From the NCBI GenBank assembly GCA_963667785.2, contig CAXXMU010000005.1, positions 384,001-448,000 of the forward strand: a DNA stretch of 64,000 bases, in the 5' to 3' direction. The first letter of the stretch is position 1, and every line of letters begins with the position of its first letter. The notes beneath the pieces were generated by a model, which was not told the origin of the DNA, searched no databases, and was given only the letters and a program-made list of their open reading frames with translations. Positions 18,229-28,176 of this stretch are shown one piece after another. The DNA is from Alphaproteobacteria bacterium (lineage in GTDB: Bacteria > Pseudomonadota > Alphaproteobacteria > UBA828). Position numbers and translations under genes: made by a program.

Positions 18229-19171
18229 CCGCCTCGTAGCGGGCGGCCTGCTCGCGCAGCCCCCGTGCGGTGCCGGCGTTGATCAGCACGAGGCTCACCA
18301 CCAGCACCGCGACCGCGGCCCAGACCCAGTGGCTGAGCGCGGCACCGAAGAAGATGCTCGCCCAGAAGATGCCGGCGGCGACCACCACGTAGTTGAGCTG
18401 GGCGAAGAAGAGGGCGCCGGCGCGGCGCACGATCTCGAAGAAGCAGCTATAGGTGATGGCCTGCCCGGCGGTGGCCCAGAGCAGGCCCCAGAGGCCGGAG
18501 GACGCGGCGTCGGTCGGCAGGAAGAAGTCGCCCTGGGCCAGCATCACGATGAGCAGCAGGAGTGCTGCCGTGATCATCATGCCGCCGCAGAGCGCGAACG
18601 CGCTCACCCCCACGGGCGAGAAGCGCGCGCCGGCGACGTTGTTGACCGCGGCCGAGAGCGGCATCAGCAGCGAGAACAGCACCCACACCCAGGCGCCGGA
18701 TTCCGGCAGGCTGCCGGTGGGCACGACGATGAGCAGGATGCCGCCGAAACCGAGCAGCACCCCGGCGACGCTCAGCCAGCGGAAGCGGTCGAACCGGAGC
18801 ACGAGCGTGAGCGAATAGGTGGTCGCCGGGATCAGCGCGGCGCAGAGCGTGAGCACGGCGGGCGGCAGCCGGTCGGCGACGTAGGTCACCACCAGCAGCG
18901 GGCCGAGGAAGCCGAAGACCGCGACCAGCCCGAAGACCCGCAAGTTCTCGCGCCGGAGCGACGGCGGCTTGGAGAAGATCGTGGCGAGCGCCAGCGTCAC
19001 CACGCCGGCGAAGAGCGCCTGCCAGAAGGAATAGGCGATGAAGGGAAAGCCCGCGTCGATCGCGATCTTGTTGGCGGTGAAGAGGCTGCCGTAGGAGATG
19101 CCGCCGAGCAACAGCAGCACGGTCGGCAGCAGGAGCTTGTTCTCGCGCAGGCGACTGAGGGCCGGGATCAT
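18212..19171 (-). CDS. DMT/EamA-family transporter
   Basis: About 10 hydrophobic segments; FFEIVRRAGALFFAQLNY. Confidence 0.85.
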   Translation of the reverse strand: MIPALSRLRENKLLLPTVLLLLGGISYGSLFTANKIAIDAGFPFIAYSFWQALFAGVVTLALATIFSKPPSLRRENLRVFGLVAVFGFLGPLLVVTYVADRLPPAVLTLCAALIPATTYSLTLVLRFDRFRWLSVAGVLLGFGGILLIVVPTGSLPESGAWVWVLFSLLMPLSAAVNNVAGARFSPVGVSAFALCGGMMITAALLLLIVMLAQGDFFLPTDAASSGLWGLLWATAGQAITYSCFFEIVRRAGALFFAQLNYVVVAAGIFWASIFFGAALSHWVWAAVAVLVVSLVLINAGTARGLREQAARYEAERSGQ

Positions 19172-19275
19172 GGCCAGCCGCTCCGGCGCACGGCCCGGAT
19201 GGCAGTGCGGAGCCCTGCGGTGAGCGCTGGCGCGTGCCGGGGGTCAGGCAAGAGGCGTGGCCGGGCGTTGCGGCC

Positions 19276-19350
19276 TGGTGGGCGCTCCTGGGATCGAACC
19301 AGGGACCTCTTGCATGTCAAGCAAGCGCTCTCCCCCTGAGCTAAGCGCCC
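19276..19350 (-). tRNA. tRNA-Val (GAC)
   Basis: GGGCGCTTAGCTCAGGGGGAGAGCG-CTTGC-TTGACAT-GCAAG-AGGTC-CCTGGTTCGATCCCAGG-AGCGCCC-ACCA; cloverleaf with encoded CCA. Confidence 0.97.
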
Positions 19351-19457
19351 GTGCTGCCGTCCGGCTCGCTTACCACCGCCCGCGCGGCATTGGCAAGGGC
19401 GGGGGTGCGGCGGCGGTGCGGATGACAAGGCGCGGCTTTTGCTCTAAACGGCGAGGG

Positions 19458-20375
19458 ATGAGCGGACGACGACAAGCCGCCCGACGCAGCCCCGCGACGG
19501 CCCCGGCGGCGGCGGTCAACGGGGTCATCGACCTCCGCCTGCCGTCGTGCCAGAGCGCGCCGCTCATCTTCGCCTCCCCCCACAGCGGCACGCGGTACGA
19601 CCCGGCGTTCATCGCGAGCTCCCGGCTCGACGAGAAAAACCTCAGGCGCTCGGAGGACAGCTTCGTCGACGAGATCTTCGCCGCCGCGCCGAAGAGCGGG
19701 GCGCCGCTCCTCTGCGCGCTCTATCCGAGGGCCTATCTCGATCCCAACCGCGAGCCCTACGAGCTCGACCCGGAGATGTTCACCGAGCCGCTGCCGAGCC
19801 ACGTGAAGAGCCGCTCCGACCGGGTGCGCGCGGGCTTCGGCACTATCGCCCGCCTCGTCGCCTCGGGCGCCGAGATCTACGCGGCGAAGATGTCCTACGC
19901 CGAGGCCGAGCGCCGCATCGACGAGCTCTACCGGCCCTACCACCGGGCGCTCGAGGGCCTGATCGAGACGACGCTGCGCGACTTCGGCGCGGCGTTCCTG
20001 TTCGACTGCCACTCGATGCCCTCGGTCGGCGGGCCGACCGACCGCGACCGCGGCACGCCGCGCCCCGACATCGTGCTGGGCGACCGCTTCGGCGCCTCCT
20101 GCGAGCCCCGAGTGATCGAGACGGCGGAGCGCATCCTCCGCGATCTCGACTTCTCGGTCAGGCGCAACGAGCCCTATGCCGGCGCCTTCACCACCGCCCA
20201 TTACGGGCGGCCCGGCCAGCGCGTCCACGCGATCCAGATCGAGGTGAACCGCCGCCTCTACATGAACGAGGCCACCGTCGCCCGCTCCCGCGACCTGCCC
20301 CGGCTCAAGCGGAAGATGAACCGCTTCATCGCCGCGATGGCGGAGGAGAGCCTGGCTCTCGTGGAGACTCTCTGA
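19458..20375 (+). CDS. N-formylglutamate amidohydrolase family protein (start uncertain)
   Basis: ASPHSG, SEDSFVD, RAYLDPNR, YRPYH, DCHSMPS, LGDRFG and QIEVNR motifs. Confidence 0.9.
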   Translation: MSGRRQAARRSPATAPAAAVNGVIDLRLPSCQSAPLIFASPHSGTRYDPAFIASSRLDEKNLRRSEDSFVDEIFAAAPKSGAPLLCALYPRAYLDPNREPYELDPEMFTEPLPSHVKSRSDRVRAGFGTIARLVASGAEIYAAKMSYAEAERRIDELYRPYHRALEGLIETTLRDFGAAFLFDCHSMPSVGGPTDRDRGTPRPDIVLGDRFGASCEPRVIETAERILRDLDFSVRRNEPYAGAFTTAHYGRPGQRVHAIQIEVNRRLYMNEATVARSRDLPRLKRKMNRFIAAMAEESLALVETL

Positions 20376-20390
20376 GCGCGTCCGCATCTG

Positions 20391-20420
20391 TTGTACGGGC
20401 GCCGTCCCTGGAATTATGAT
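20391..20420 (+). promoter_or_regulatory. Candidate sigma70 promoter of the Urt-like ABC operon
   Basis: TTGTAC-N18-TATGAT 50 bp upstream of ATG 20471. Confidence 0.5.
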
Positions 20421-20470
20421 GAGCCGACGGCGGCGCAAGGCCGCCCGGACATTTCGCACGGGAGCAGACC

Positions 20471-21718
20471 ATGAGACTGAGCCGCAGACAGTTCTTCCAG
20501 GCCTCATCCGGCGCACTGGCCTTCGCCAGCCTGCCACACGTGCTGCGGCGCGCCGGCATCGCCGCCGAGGACCCGATCAAGGTCGGCAACATCCTCGACC
20601 GCACCGGGATCCTCAACATCTACAGCCTGAAGCAGATCCAGGCGACGGCGATGGCGGTGGACGAGATCAACGCCGCCGGCGGCTTGCTCGGCCGGCCGCT
20701 GGAGCTGGTGTTCTACGATTCCCAGTCCGACGGCCAGTACAACTCCCAGTACGTCACCGAGGCGCTGGTCAAGGACAAGTGCGTGGTGGTGCACGGCGGC
20801 ATCACCAGCTCCTCGCGCGAGGTGATGCGCCCCATCGTCAACCGCTTCAAGGGCCTGCTCTTCTACAACTCGCTCTACGAGGGCGGCGTCTGCGACCGGC
20901 GCCACGTCTCGACCGGGATGGTGCCGGCGCAGCAGCTCGAGCCGCTCTTCGACTACGTGGTGAACGAGCTCGGCGGCAAGCGCACCTACATCCTCGCCGC
21001 CGACTACAACTACGGCCACATCACGTCCAAGTGGATGCAGAAGTTCACCCGCGACAACGGCGGCGAGGACTTGGCGGTCGAGTTCTTCCCGCTCGACGTC
21101 ACCAACTTCCAGCCGGCGATCTCGCGCATCCAGGCGGCCAAGCCCGACGTGGTCATGTCCGCGCTGGTGGGCGGCGCGCACATCGCCTTCTACCGCCAGT
21201 TCGAGGCCTCCATCGGCAAGGACAACATGATGCTGGCGTCGGGCTCCTACGGCGTCGGCCTCGAGCACACCCAGCTCAGCCCCGAGGAGGGCAACGGCAT
21301 CATCCTCGCCACCTCCTTCGTGGACGATCTCGACACGGCCGAGGCCAAGGACTTCGTGAGCCGCTTCCACGCCTATACCGGCGATACCGGCTATGTCGGC
21401 GAGTACGGCGAATACGGCGAGCGCGGGGTCAAGGTCTGGGCCGAGGCGGTGCGCCAGGCGGGCGACGCCAGCTCGGACGCCGTGATCGAGGCGCTGGCGT
21501 CGGGCAACGTCAGCGTCGTCGGCGCAGGCGGGCAGTACACCGTGGACGGGCAGACCAACCACACGACCATGGACATTCACATCGTCCGCGGCAACATGTC
21601 CCAGACCTTCGACGTGATCCGCTCGTTCTCGCAGCGCCCGCCGCTGGACACGCAGCAGGTCTGCGATCTCCACGCCAACCCGGACGACAAGACCCAGTAC
21701 GAGGTCGAGGTCGAGTAG
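20471..21718 (+). CDS. Urea/short-chain amide ABC substrate-binding protein (UrtA/AmiC/FmdD family), Tat signal
   Basis: SRRQFF twin-arginine; GGITSSSRE, LYEGG and DYNYG motifs. Confidence 0.87.
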   Translation: MRLSRRQFFQASSGALAFASLPHVLRRAGIAAEDPIKVGNILDRTGILNIYSLKQIQATAMAVDEINAAGGLLGRPLELVFYDSQSDGQYNSQYVTEALVKDKCVVVHGGITSSSREVMRPIVNRFKGLLFYNSLYEGGVCDRRHVSTGMVPAQQLEPLFDYVVNELGGKRTYILAADYNYGHITSKWMQKFTRDNGGEDLAVEFFPLDVTNFQPAISRIQAAKPDVVMSALVGGAHIAFYRQFEASIGKDNMMLASGSYGVGLEHTQLSPEEGNGIILATSFVDDLDTAEAKDFVSRFHAYTGDTGYVGEYGEYGERGVKVWAEAVRQAGDASSDAVIEALASGNVSVVGAGGQYTVDGQTNHTTMDIHIVRGNMSQTFDVIRSFSQRPPLDTQQVCDLHANPDDKTQYEVEVE

Positions 21719-21932
21719 GAGGCGGGGAGTCGGGACATCGCCGTCGCCGCTGCGTCCCGCCGCGTCGGGCCGCAGCATGACGGCGGCATGACGACGACGT
21801 GACGGCAGCGGCGGTGCCCGGAGGCTAGAGAAGGCGAACGCCGGCGGCGCACCGTGCCGCCGGCGGCCCGCCCGGCGTTCGGATGCGTGCGTTCCGCCAC
21901 GGCTCGGCCGGCCGGGGCGGCGGGGGTGACGA

Positions 21933-22793
21933 GTGGATCAGGTCGCGAACTATCTCTTCCAGATCGGCTTTTCCTTCTCGATCTTCATCCTGATCAGCCT
22001 CGGGCTCGCGGTCATCTTCGGCATGATGCGGGTCATCAACCTGGCGCAGGGCGAGTTCCTCATGCTCGGCGCCTACTTCTGCACGCTCTGCAACCACTTC
22101 GGCATCAACCTCTGGCTCTCGTTCATCCTGTCGGCGCTGGCCGTCGGCGTCTTCGGCATCATCGTCGAGCGCCTGGTCATCCAGTGGCTCTACGGCCGCA
22201 TCATCGACACGCTGCTGGCCACTTGGGGGCTGAGCCTGCTGCTCGTCGGCGGCGTCACCACGATCTTCGGCCCCCAGACCGAGAGCGTCGCCGCGCCGCT
22301 CGGCAACGTCCAGGTGGGCGCCTTCGGCTTCCCCATCTACGGCCTCGTGATGATGGCGATCGCCGTGGCGGCGCTGGCTGCGGTCTATGCCTTCTGGCGC
22401 TTCACCCGCTACGGGCTGATCGTGCGCGGCACCATGCAGAACCCGACGATCTCCGCCGCGCTGGGGGTAAACCGCAGCCTCGTCTACATGCTCACCTTCG
22501 CCTTCGGCTCGGCGCTCACGGGCCTCGCCGGCGCGGTTCTGGCGCCCATCGTCGGCGCCTATCCCACGCTCGGCATCGTCTACATCGCCAAGGCCTTCAT
22601 CACGGTCATCAGCGGCGGCCACCTGCCGCTGGTCGGCACGGTGAGCGCGTCCGGCCTCTTCAGCACCATCGACGGCATCGTCGCCACCGTCTCCAGCTCG
22701 GTGATCGGCGAGATGACGGTGCTCTTCGTCGCCATCATCCTGCTGAGGCTGCTGCCGCTCGGCATCACCGGGCGCATGACGAGGGGCGTCTGA
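21933..22793 (+). CDS. ABC permease, UrtB/LivH-like
   Basis: GLAVIFGMMRVINLAQGEFLMLGAY and DTLLATWG motifs. Confidence 0.9.
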   Translation: MDQVANYLFQIGFSFSIFILISLGLAVIFGMMRVINLAQGEFLMLGAYFCTLCNHFGINLWLSFILSALAVGVFGIIVERLVIQWLYGRIIDTLLATWGLSLLLVGGVTTIFGPQTESVAAPLGNVQVGAFGFPIYGLVMMAIAVAALAAVYAFWRFTRYGLIVRGTMQNPTISAALGVNRSLVYMLTFAFGSALTGLAGAVLAPIVGAYPTLGIVYIAKAFITVISGGHLPLVGTVSASGLFSTIDGIVATVSSSVIGEMTVLFVAIILLRLLPLGITGRMTRGV

Positions 22794-22796
22794 GCG

Positions 22797-23894
22797 ATGA
22801 TCCACGGCATCGCGCTCATGCAGCACCCGAGCAAGCGGCCCAGATGGTGGTGGTGGGTCTTCATCGCGGGCCTCGCCGCCTTCTTCATCACCATGCCCTT
22901 CCACCTGGAAATCTTCGTCATCCTGGAGATGTCGCGCTTCTTCGGCATGGCGATGCTCGCGCTCAGCATGGGCTTCCTCTGGGGCTTCAGCGGCATCCTG
23001 AGCTTCGGGCAGACGGCGTTCTTCGGGCTCGGCGGCTACGGCTTCACCGTGCTCGCGCTGAATACGGGCGAGACCACGGGCTCGGTCTTCTTCGCCGTCG
23101 CCATCGCCGCCGCCGGCGCCGGCATCCTCGGCTACTTCATGATCTACGGCCGCATCAGCGAGATCTATCTGAGCGTCATCACCCTGGTCTTCACCCTGAT
23201 CCTGGAGAAGGGCATCCGCGCCACCTCGGGCGACCAGTACGTCATCGGCAAGGTGCGGCTGAACGGGCAGAACGGGATCCCCACGGTGCCGCAGCTCGAC
23301 GTGCCGTGGAACCCGTCGGTCCAGCTCGACATCAACTGGTTCTTCTGGACCGGCGCCGTGCTCATGATCCTGGTCTATGTCGGGCTCCGGCTCGTCCTCA
23401 CCACGCCCTTCGGCCGGGTGCTGGTGGGGATCCGCGAGAACGAACGCAGGACCGAGCTGCTGGGCTACGACACGCGGCGCTACAAGCTCGCGGCCTTCAT
23501 GCTGGCGGGCGGGGTGGCGGGCTTGGGCGGCGCCTTCTACGCGATCTCGATTCCGCTGGCGCACCCGGAGATGTTCAGCCTGGGCCGCGCCGCCGACGTC
23601 ATCATGTGGGTGCTGGTGGGCGGCAGGGGGACGCTCATCGGGCCGATCGCCGGGGTTTTCGCCATCGAGCACTTCAAGGGCTGGCTCGGCACCCAGGGGG
23701 TGGGCCAGGTGACGCTGGTGCTGGGCACGGTGCTGATCCTCTTCGTCCTGGTCTTCCACAAGGGCCTGCTGCCGAGCGTCGGCTCGCTGCCGGGCCTCTG
23801 GGTGGATCGCGCGACAATCCGGCGCAGGCTGGGCGAGGCGATGGGCGGGCTGGTCCCGCGCGGCCGCCCGCCGGGCACGGGAGGTCGCCCGTGA
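22797..23894 (+). CDS. ABC permease, UrtC/LivM-like
   Basis: WGFSGILSFGQTAFFGLGGY, IRENERRTELLGY and VGGRGTLIGP motifs. Confidence 0.9.
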   Translation: MIHGIALMQHPSKRPRWWWWVFIAGLAAFFITMPFHLEIFVILEMSRFFGMAMLALSMGFLWGFSGILSFGQTAFFGLGGYGFTVLALNTGETTGSVFFAVAIAAAGAGILGYFMIYGRISEIYLSVITLVFTLILEKGIRATSGDQYVIGKVRLNGQNGIPTVPQLDVPWNPSVQLDINWFFWTGAVLMILVYVGLRLVLTTPFGRVLVGIRENERRTELLGYDTRRYKLAAFMLAGGVAGLGGAFYAISIPLAHPEMFSLGRAADVIMWVLVGGRGTLIGPIAGVFAIEHFKGWLGTQGVGQVTLVLGTVLILFVLVFHKGLLPSVGSLPGLWVDRATIRRRLGEAMGGLVPRGRPPGTGGRP

Positions 23895-24631
23895 GCGAGG
23901 CAGTGCGCCAGGACGAGGTGATCCTCGAGACGAAGGCGCTCGAAAAACGCTTCGGCGGGGTGAGCGCCATCGCCGGCGTGGACTTCTCGCTCCGGCGGGG
24001 CGAGCTGCGCTGCCTGATCGGCCCCAACGGCGCCGGCAAGAGCACCTTCTTCAAGATGCTCACCGCCCAGCTCAGGCCGTCGGCCGGGCAAATCCTCTTC
24101 GACGGCCGCGACATCAGCCGCGCGCACCCGCACGAGATCTCGCGGCTCGGCATCGGCATCAAGAACCAGGTGCCGGACGTCTACGACGGCATCACCGTGG
24201 ACGAGAACCTGTGGCTGGCCGCGCGCTTCCGCCACGGCACGAAGGCCGCGCGCGCCAAGGTGGACGAAACGCTCGACCGGCTCGAGCTCGGCGACATCCG
24301 CTGGCAGATGCTGGGCGCGCTCGCCCACGGCCAGCGCCAGTGGGTCGAGTTCGGCATGCTCATGGCGCTGGAGCCCAGCGTGATCCTGCTCGACGAGCCG
24401 ACCGCCGGCATGAGCATCGAGGAGACCAACCGCACGGCGGCGCTGATCCGCGAGGTGAACCGGACCACGACCATCGTCGTGGTCGAGCACGACATGCAGT
24501 TCATCCGCCAGATCGCCGACATCGTCACCGTGTTCCACCAGGGCCGCATCCTGGCCGAGGACAGCATGGCGCGCATTCAGGCCGACCAGGCGGTGCGCGA
24601 GGTCTATCTGGGAGCGTCGGGTCTTGCTTGA
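23891..24631 (+). CDS. ABC ATP-binding protein, UrtD/LivG-like
   Basis: GPNGAGKST, LAHGQRQW, LLDEP and VEHDM motifs; GTGA overlap with the permease. Confidence 0.9.
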   Translation: MSEAVRQDEVILETKALEKRFGGVSAIAGVDFSLRRGELRCLIGPNGAGKSTFFKMLTAQLRPSAGQILFDGRDISRAHPHEISRLGIGIKNQVPDVYDGITVDENLWLAARFRHGTKAARAKVDETLDRLELGDIRWQMLGALAHGQRQWVEFGMLMALEPSVILLDEPTAGMSIEETNRTAALIREVNRTTTIVVVEHDMQFIRQIADIVTVFHQGRILAEDSMARIQADQAVREVYLGASGLA

Positions 24632-25316
24632 GGTGGAGGGCCTCGCCGCCGGCTACGGCCGCATCCCGATCCTGAACGGCATCGACTTCGAGATCGGGCG
24701 GGGCGAGATCGTGGGCGTGCTCGGCCACAACGGCATGGGCAAGACGACGCTGCTCCGCACGCTGACGGGCGAGATCAGGGCCACCGGCGGCGCCATCCGC
24801 TTCGAGGGCGCCGACATCACCCGGCTCGCCATGCACCGCCGCGCCCGGCTCGGCATCGGCTACGTGCCGCAGGGCCGCGACATCTACCCGCAGCTCAGCG
24901 TCATGGACAACCTGCGCATGGGGGAGATCGTCAGGCGCGGCCAGAGCGCGGTGCCGGAGCTGCTGGACTACTTCCCGGTGCTGCAGGCGCTCACGGAGCG
25001 GCCGGGCCGCGCGCTCTCCGGCGGCGAGCAGCAGATCCTGGCGCTCGCCCGCTGCCTCGCCGGCCGGCCGCGGCTGCTGCTGCTCGACGAGCCCACCGAG
25101 GGTATCCAGCCCTCCATCGTCGACCAGATCCAGGCCAAGCTCGCCGAGCTCGCCAAGGCGCTGGACCTCACCGTCCTGCTGGTGGAGCAGAACCTGCGCT
25201 TCATCGCCGCGCTCGCGGAGCGCGTGCTCATCATGCAGAAGGGCACCATCGTCGCCACCATCACGCCGGAGCAGCTCTCCGACCAGGCGATCGTGGACGA
25301 GTATCTGGGCATCTGA
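24624..25316 (+). CDS. ABC ATP-binding protein, UrtE/LivF-like
   Basis: GHNGMGKTT, LSGGEQQ and LLDEPTEGIQP motifs. Confidence 0.9.
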   Translation: MLEVEGLAAGYGRIPILNGIDFEIGRGEIVGVLGHNGMGKTTLLRTLTGEIRATGGAIRFEGADITRLAMHRRARLGIGYVPQGRDIYPQLSVMDNLRMGEIVRRGQSAVPELLDYFPVLQALTERPGRALSGGEQQILALARCLAGRPRLLLLDEPTEGIQPSIVDQIQAKLAELAKALDLTVLLVEQNLRFIAALAERVLIMQKGTIVATITPEQLSDQAIVDEYLGI

Positions 25317-25460
25317 CGGCCGGGCGTCTTTCACCCCGGACCATGGTGCGGTGCAGGGCGCGCAGCGGGCGTGCGACGATCGCGCCATGCAGTGCGTGAG
25401 AGAACGGGGCGGGGCAGACGGGGCGACGGGGGGAGCCGCCCGGCGCCACCCCGCGGTCGT

Positions 25461-25710
25461 GGGATTCATCCCGGAAACCCGCTCGGATATCCCAGCGGAA
25501 TCCCACCTTCTTCGGAAAATGTCCCGCGCGGAATCCCTTGCTATCCCGGCGAATCCCGTCAGGGAGGGGGCACTGCCGAATCCCACTTTCGCGCCGCGCT
25601 CCTGCCTGCCCCGCGCGAGACGCTGTGCCGCATAAAGTGCCGCGTTGTGCCGGATTGTGCCGGATTGTGCCGCCTAAAAAATTAATTTACCGGCTGTGCC
25701 ACTTTGCGCC
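25461..25710. repeat. Two blocks of ~10-11-bp-phased short direct repeats (TCCC core x8; GTGCC core x6) with five GANTC sites and a 15-bp pure A/T tract
   Basis: TCCC at 25469, 25490, 25501, 25522, 25534, 25544, 25554, 25581; GTGCC at 25625, 25637, 25647, 25657, 25667, 25696; TAAAAAATTAATTTA at 25675-25689. Confidence 0.8.
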
Positions 25711-25763
25711 CCCGTCGCCCGGCCGCGGGTCGCGCCGGCCATGACCCCGGCGAGAAACGCGGG

Positions 25764-27074
25764 CTAGAGGATGAACCTGCTGAGGTCCGCGTCCTTGGCA
25801 AGGTCGCCCACATGGGCCTCGACGTAGGCCGCATCGATGGTGATGGTCTCGCCGGAGCGGTCGGCGGCCTCGAAGCTGATCTCCTCCAGCAGCTTCTCCA
25901 TCACCGTGTGCAGCCGGCGCGCGCCGATGTTCTCGACCGAGCGGTTGACCTCGGCGGCGAGGTCGGAGACCGCGTCGATGGCGCAGTCGCTGAAGTCCAG
26001 CGTCACGCTCTCGGTCTGCATCAGCGCCCGGTACTGGCGGATCAGGCTGTTCTCGGGCTCGGTCAGGATCTTCTTCAGGTCGTCGCGGGCGAGCGCCCTG
26101 AGCTCGACCCGGATCGGCAGCCGCCCCTGGAGCTCGGGCAGCAGGTCGGCCGGCTTCGCCAGGTGGAAGGCGCCAGACGCGATGAAGAGGATGTGGTCGG
26201 TGGTGATCGCGCCGTGCTTGGTGGAGACGGTGGTGCCCTCGATCAGCGGCAGCAGGTCGCGCTGCACGCCCTCGCGGCTCACGTCGGCGCCGAGCCGGTC
26301 GGAGCGGGCGCAGATCTTGTCGATCTCGTCGATGAAGACGATGCCGTCGTTCCCGGCGCTCTCCAGCGCGCTGCGCACGACCTCGTCCTGATCGAGCAGG
26401 CTGTCGCTCTCCTCGGCCATCAGCGCGTCATAGGAGTCCTCGACCGACATGCGCTTGATCTTCTTCTGCTCGCCGAAGGCCTTGCCGAACATCTCGCCGA
26501 GATTGACCATGCCCATCTGGGCGCCCGGCATGCCGGGGATCTCGAAGGTCGGCAGCGACGAGGCCGCGGATTCGCTCACCTCGATGTCCACCTCCTTCTC
26601 GGCGAGCGTGCCTTCGCGCAGCATCTTGCGGAACTTGGTGCGGGTCTCCTTGCTCGCGTTCTTGCCCACCAGCGCATCGAGCACGCGCTCCTCGGCGTTG
26701 AGCTCGGCCCGGGCGGCCACCTCCTTGCGCATGCGCTCGCGGGTCATGTGGATCGAGATCTCCACCAGGTCGCGCACGATCTGCTCGACGTCGCGGCCGA
26801 CGTAGCCGACCTCGGTGAACTTGGTCGCCTCGACCTTGAGGAAGGGCGCCTGGGCGAGGCGCGCGAGCCGGCGCGCGATCTCGGTCTTGCCGACGCCCGT
26901 GGGGCCGATCATCAGGATGTTCTTGGGCAGCACCTCCTCGCGCAGGTCGCCGGTGAGCTGCTGGCGCCGCCAACGGTTGCGCAGCGCGATCGCCACCGAG
27001 CGCTTGGCCTCGTCCTGGCCGATGATGAAGCGGTCCAGCTCGGAGACGATCTCGCGCGGGCTGAATCCACTCAT
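25764..27074 (-). CDS. hslU: ATP-dependent protease ATPase subunit HslU
   Basis: [25 protein letters not shown] and [12 protein letters not shown] motifs. Confidence 0.97.
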   Translation of the reverse strand: MSGFSPREIVSELDRFIIGQDEAKRSVAIALRNRWRRQQLTGDLREEVLPKNILMIGPTGVGKTEIARRLARLAQAPFLKVEATKFTEVGYVGRDVEQIVRDLVEISIHMTRERMRKEVAARAELNAEERVLDALVGKNASKETRTKFRKMLREGTLAEKEVDIEVSESAASSLPTFEIPGMPGAQMGMVNLGEMFGKAFGEQKKIKRMSVEDSYDALMAEESDSLLDQDEVVRSALESAGNDGIVFIDEIDKICARSDRLGADVSREGVQRDLLPLIEGTTVSTKHGAITTDHILFIASGAFHLAKPADLLPELQGRLPIRVELRALARDDLKKILTEPENSLIRQYRALMQTESVTLDFSDCAIDAVSDLAAEVNRSVENIGARRLHTVMEKLLEEISFEAADRSGETITIDAAYVEAHVGDLAKDADLSRFIL

Positions 27075-27634
27075 GGGCCGATCTTCTCGAGCACCAGCTC
27101 GGTGTTGGTGTAGATGCAGATGTCGGCGGCGATCGCCATCGCGCGGCGCGCCACCGCCTCGGCATCGAGGCCGTCGACGTCCACCAGCGCGCGGGCTGCG
27201 GCCAGCGCGAAGGGGCCGCCGGAGCCGATGCCGATCAGCCCGTCCGCCGGCTCAAGCACGTCGCCGGTGCCGGTGAGCACCAGCGAGACCTCGGAATCGG
27301 CGACCGCCATCATCGCCTCCAGCCGGCGCAGGTAGCGATCGGTGCGCCAGTCCTTCGCGAGCTCGACACAGGCACGGGTGAGCTGGCCCGGATGCTGCTC
27401 CAGCTTGCCTTCCAGCCGCTCGAAGAGGGTGAACGCATCGGCCGTGGCGCCGGCGAAGCCCGCGACGATGTTCCCCTCGCCGAGGCGCCGGACCTTGCGG
27501 GCGTTCGCCTTGATGACCGTCTGCCCGAGCGTGACCTGGCCGTCGCCCGCGACGACGACCTCGTCGCCCTTGCGGACCGACAGCACCGTCGTCCCGTGCC
27601 ACACCGGCCCGCGCTCCCGTTCCGTCTCGGTCAT
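27071..27634 (-). CDS. hslV: ATP-dependent protease peptidase subunit HslV
   Basis: HG|TTVLSVR (N-terminal Thr nucleophile after a short propeptide), [18 protein letters not shown]. Confidence 0.96.
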   Translation of the reverse strand: MTETERERGPVWHGTTVLSVRKGDEVVVAGDGQVTLGQTVIKANARKVRRLGEGNIVAGFAGATADAFTLFERLEGKLEQHPGQLTRACVELAKDWRTDRYLRRLEAMMAVADSEVSLVLTGTGDVLEPADGLIGIGSGGPFALAAARALVDVDGLDAEAVARRAMAIAADICIYTNTELVLEKIGP

Positions 27635-27692
27635 CCGCTCCTGCCGCGCCCGCGCGCGGCGCCCGATTGCACGCCGCCTGCCGCGCCGCACC

Positions 27693-27720
27693 ATGTGGGT
27701 ATTCCTGGCGCCCGGTCAAG
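27693..27720 (-). promoter_or_regulatory. Candidate RpoH (sigma32) promoter for hslVU
   Basis: Minus strand CTTGAC-N15-CCCACAT resembles the heat-shock promoter consensus. Confidence 0.6.
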
Positions 27721-27816
27721 GGCAGGACAGGAAAGGTCACGCGCTCATGCGCGCGCTTGACCGGGACGCGCGTTGCCTTTACATAGCCCGCTCTCCCATC
27801 CACGGAGCGCGAGGCC

Positions 27817-28113
27817 ATGGCACGGCGCTGCGAGCTGACCGGCAAGGGCGTGCTGACCGGCAACAACGTAAGCCACGCCCACAACAAGACCCGGCGGCGG
27901 TTTCTGCCCAATCTCCACGACAAGGCGCTGCACAGCGAGGCGCTGGGGCGCATGGTGCGGCTCCGCGTCTCTGCGAACGCCATCCGCACGGTGGAGCGCC
28001 ACGGCGGCCTCGACGCCTACCTGCTGAAGACGTCGGACGACCGGCTCTCCCAGGGAGCGCGCCGCATCAAGCGCCAGGTGAGGACCATCCTCGCGGCCAA
28101 CGCCGCCGACTGA
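27817..28113 (+). CDS. rpmB: 50S ribosomal protein L28
   Basis: [32 protein letters not shown]. Confidence 0.97.
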   Translation: MARRCELTGKGVLTGNNVSHAHNKTRRRFLPNLHDKALHSEALGRMVRLRVSANAIRTVERHGGLDAYLLKTSDDRLSQGARRIKRQVRTILAANAAD

Positions 28114-28176
28114 TCCATCCTGTCGCAGACCCCGGCGCGTTGGCCCTGCGGGACCCGCGCCTTATAGTCCGCGGCC

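Noticed and set aside
19172-19350. tRNA-Val as an island integration site
   Set aside because: No integrase and no duplicate of the tRNA 3' end noticed in the window
25461-25710. Possible CRISPR array or chromosomal origin
   Set aside because: Repeat units are only 5-10 bp with no unique spacers and no cas genes; no DnaA box (TTATCCACA) or full CtrA box seen; kept only as a phased repeat element
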